A DNA stretch of 63,853 bases, filler included, from Octopus bimaculoides (lineage: Eukaryota): the NCBI RefSeq assembly GCF_001194135.2. It is 8 parts of 8 records of this genome, joined end to end, with 100 filler letters (N's around TTAATTAATTAA, not from the genome) between each part and the next. Parts side by side here need not be neighbours in the genome. Positions count along the whole stretch, not along the records: positions 59,838 to 62,626 come from NC_068990.1; positions 62,727 to 63,853 come from NW_026421137.1; 6 more parts are not named here. The stretch is one strand, 5' to 3'. Of the stretch, positions 61,453-63,853 are shown piece by piece. How positions within the stretch are numbered: the stretch's first letter is position 1; each line of letters opens with the position of its first letter. The notes below the pieces were generated by a model. It saw only the letters and a program-made list of their open reading frames with translations, ran no database searches and was not told where the DNA came from. A program made the translations under genes and the position numbers.

Positions 61453-62267
61453 GGTCACATGTGAGTAAAGAGGAGTGGTGGAGGGAAGAAAAGGGAGGAA
61501 GTGGAATGAAGGTGAGCGACGAGAGACAGGGAGGAAGAGAGTAAGAGAGAGATATGTATAGCAGTGAAGGGGAGAAGCAAGGACAACAGAAGGAAGGAGA
61601 ACGGGCGGGGGAGATAGGTAAGAAGAAAGATAGATAGACAGAAAGATAGAGTCGCGTCAGAAATATAAAGTTGAAACTTATTTGCAAACGGATGCGCCGC
61701 GTTCGATAATATAATAATACAAATGATATATGAGCGTATGCATGCATACATACATATATGTACATACCTACATCTACATGTATATGTAGATGCATGTCCG
61801 GGTACAGGACATCAGAAAAGTGAACGGGCACATAAAAAGCAAAAACGGACTTTGTTTACAGACAACAGAACGAACACATAGGAAAACAGACAAGCCACTT
61901 ATGGAATTATTCCTTCATCAGCTGCCTCTATTCTAAACTAGGCGTTTCGAAGATAAGGCAGGGCGAACTCTTAGAATAGTTCTTCCTGAGTAGTGGATTA
62001 ACTCACTAAACAGAAGCTTCCAAGGTAGCAAACACAAACCAAGACAGGGAAAATTAGACAATGAAAACAACATTAAAAGGCCTTAGGGCCAAACGCGATG
62101 AGATATTGAACGTTAGTGATATTACGAAGCTAGACGGAGAAATAGTAGTCTCGTCTTGCCTTTATGCCGGTTGGTTGAGAAAGGAATAAGTGACCGCAGG
62201 TCACATGTGAGCAAAGAGGAGTGGTGGAGGGAGGAAAAGGGAGGAAGTGAAACGAAGGTGAGCGACG
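61453..62267 (-). mobile_element. 815-bp non-coding element with 69-bp terminal direct repeats (PLE pseudo-LTR-like)
   Basis: 61453-61521 approximately equals 62199-62267. Isolated GAAAC and CTGATGA motifs occur on the minus strand near 61915-61950. Confidence 0.5.
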
Positions 62268-62268
62268 G

Positions 62269-62587
62269 CTAGGACTTAATCTTTCTAAGCCTAGTACTTA
62301 TTCTATCGGTGTCTTGTGCCGAGCCGCTAAGTTATGTGGACGTAAACACACTAACACCGGTTGTCAAGCGATGTTGGTGGGACAAACACAGACACACGCA
62401 AACATATACATAAATATATATATATATACGACGGGCTTCTTTCAGTTTCCGTCTACCAAATCTACTCACAAGGCTTTGGTCGGCCCGAGGCTATAGTAGA
62501 AGATATTTGCCAAAGGCGCCACGCAGTGGGACTGAACCCTGAACCATGTGGTTGGTAAGCAAGCTACTTACCACACAACCACTCCTG
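62269..62587 (-). mobile_element. SINE family A (3'-truncated)
   Basis: Reverse complement of head and body. Confidence 0.85.
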
Positions 62588-62592
62588 TGTAT

Positions 62593-62626
<34 letters not shown>

Positions 62627-62840
62627 NNNNNNNNNNNNNNNNNNNNNNNNNNNNNNNNNNNNNNNNNNNNTTAATTAATTAANNNNNNNNNNNNNNNNNN
62701 NNNNNNNNNNNNNNNNNNNNNNNNNNTACATATATACATATACATATGTACATATACAGATATACATATATATATACATATCATACATACGTATACATAT
62801 ATATACATATACATACATACATACATATATATATACATAT

Positions 62841-62888
<48 letters not shown>

Positions 62889-62909
62889 ACATATATATAA
62901 ACATACACA

Positions 62910-63853
62910 TATACATGGCTAAATGTATGCCCAGAAGACGACCAGCATGGAGGAGAAGGTTCTGGAAGCTTAAAGATCCTGCGAATGGACAGAGATTTAG
63001 AGAAGTATTACTCGAAGCCTTTGACGAAATAGAAGAGGATATAGCTTCACATGATGAAGAAGATAACTGGAGGTTTCTACGGGACAACGAGCTGAGAGCC
63101 ACTGACCAGATCTGGGGATGGTGCAAAGTCCTCTCTCGACTCAGGATAACATGGTGGTGGAACAATGTTGTTGACAGAGCTATTAGAGAAAAGAAACAGG
63201 CTTGGAAGGACTGGAAGAACGGTGGTAGCAGGGAATTGTATCAGGCTGCCAGGAGGGAAGCTGGGAGACAGTTTTATTTAGCCAAAGGGAAGCATATAAG
63301 TAAAAAATTTGCCAATGTTCTGCGCCGTGAGGACCAAAGACTCGAGGTATTTCGTGTTGCAAGACAGTGTGTGAGAGAGAATTGTGATCCCTTATCCCTT
63401 ATTGTGATCCCTTATCTGGTGGTTAATGAGGAAACTAGGGATAGATGAATGGTTAGTGAGAGCTGTGTAAGCTATGTACAGGGATGCTATCAGTAAGGTG
63501 AGGGTTGGAAACGAGTACAGTGAAGAATTCCGGGTAGAGGTAGGGGTCCACCAAGGTTCAATCCTCATCCCCCTCCTATTTATCATAGTCCTCCAGACAA
63601 TAACAGAGAAATTCAAGACAGGATACCCCTGGGAGCTCCTCTATGTTGATGACCTTGCTCTAATTGCTGAGTCACTATCAGAACTCGAGAAGTTTCAGGT
63701 GTGGAAGCAAGGATTAGAATCGAAGGGCTTTAGAGTCAACCTAGCTAAAACCAAATTCCTAATAAGTAGGAAGGTAGACAAATCAGAAATCCATTCAAAT
63801 AGATGGCCCTGCTCGATCTGCAGAAAAAGCGTTGGTAGAAACTCTATAAGATG
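62910..63853 (+). mobile_element. RTE-clade LINE, internally deleted, runs off window
   Basis: [25 protein letters not shown], then [22 protein letters not shown]...VGVHQGSILIPLLFIIV...PWELLYVDDLALIA...VNLAKTK. Confidence 0.9.

Noticed and set aside
61905-61995. GAAAC and CTGATGA motifs on the minus strand
   Set aside because: Their order and pairing do not give a valid type I, II or III hammerhead.

Overview
Repeat-saturated, gap-rich eukaryotic sequence. The microsatellite load and SINE families suggest a coleoid cephalopod (Octopus-like) draft assembly; this is inference, not a database result. No host protein-coding gene can be named, and only three weak candidate exons were found. Nearly all supplied ORFs are artefacts of simple repeats or N runs. 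Recognisable content: (1) at least three tRNA-headed SINE families in many copies; (2) decayed LINEs, namely a near-full-length L1/Tx1-clade element (46.2-50.7 kb, minus strand) plus RTE, CR1/L2 and R4/Dong fragments; (3) several Penelope-like (PLE) relics; (4) mariner and pogo/Tigger transposase relics, hAT-, piggyBac- and unclassified MITEs, and a possible non-autonomous Helitron; (5) seven 100-bp assembly linkers (N44-TTAATTAATTAA-N44). The most notable signal is a set of type I hammerhead-ribozyme motifs in unrelated short repeats. Two fold well (9681-9785 and 26048-26110, both minus). A degenerate one sits beside a highly structured 235-bp tandem array. A second notable signal is an ORF-only retro-element whose 3' tail matches a SINE tail and a Tx1 3' end.
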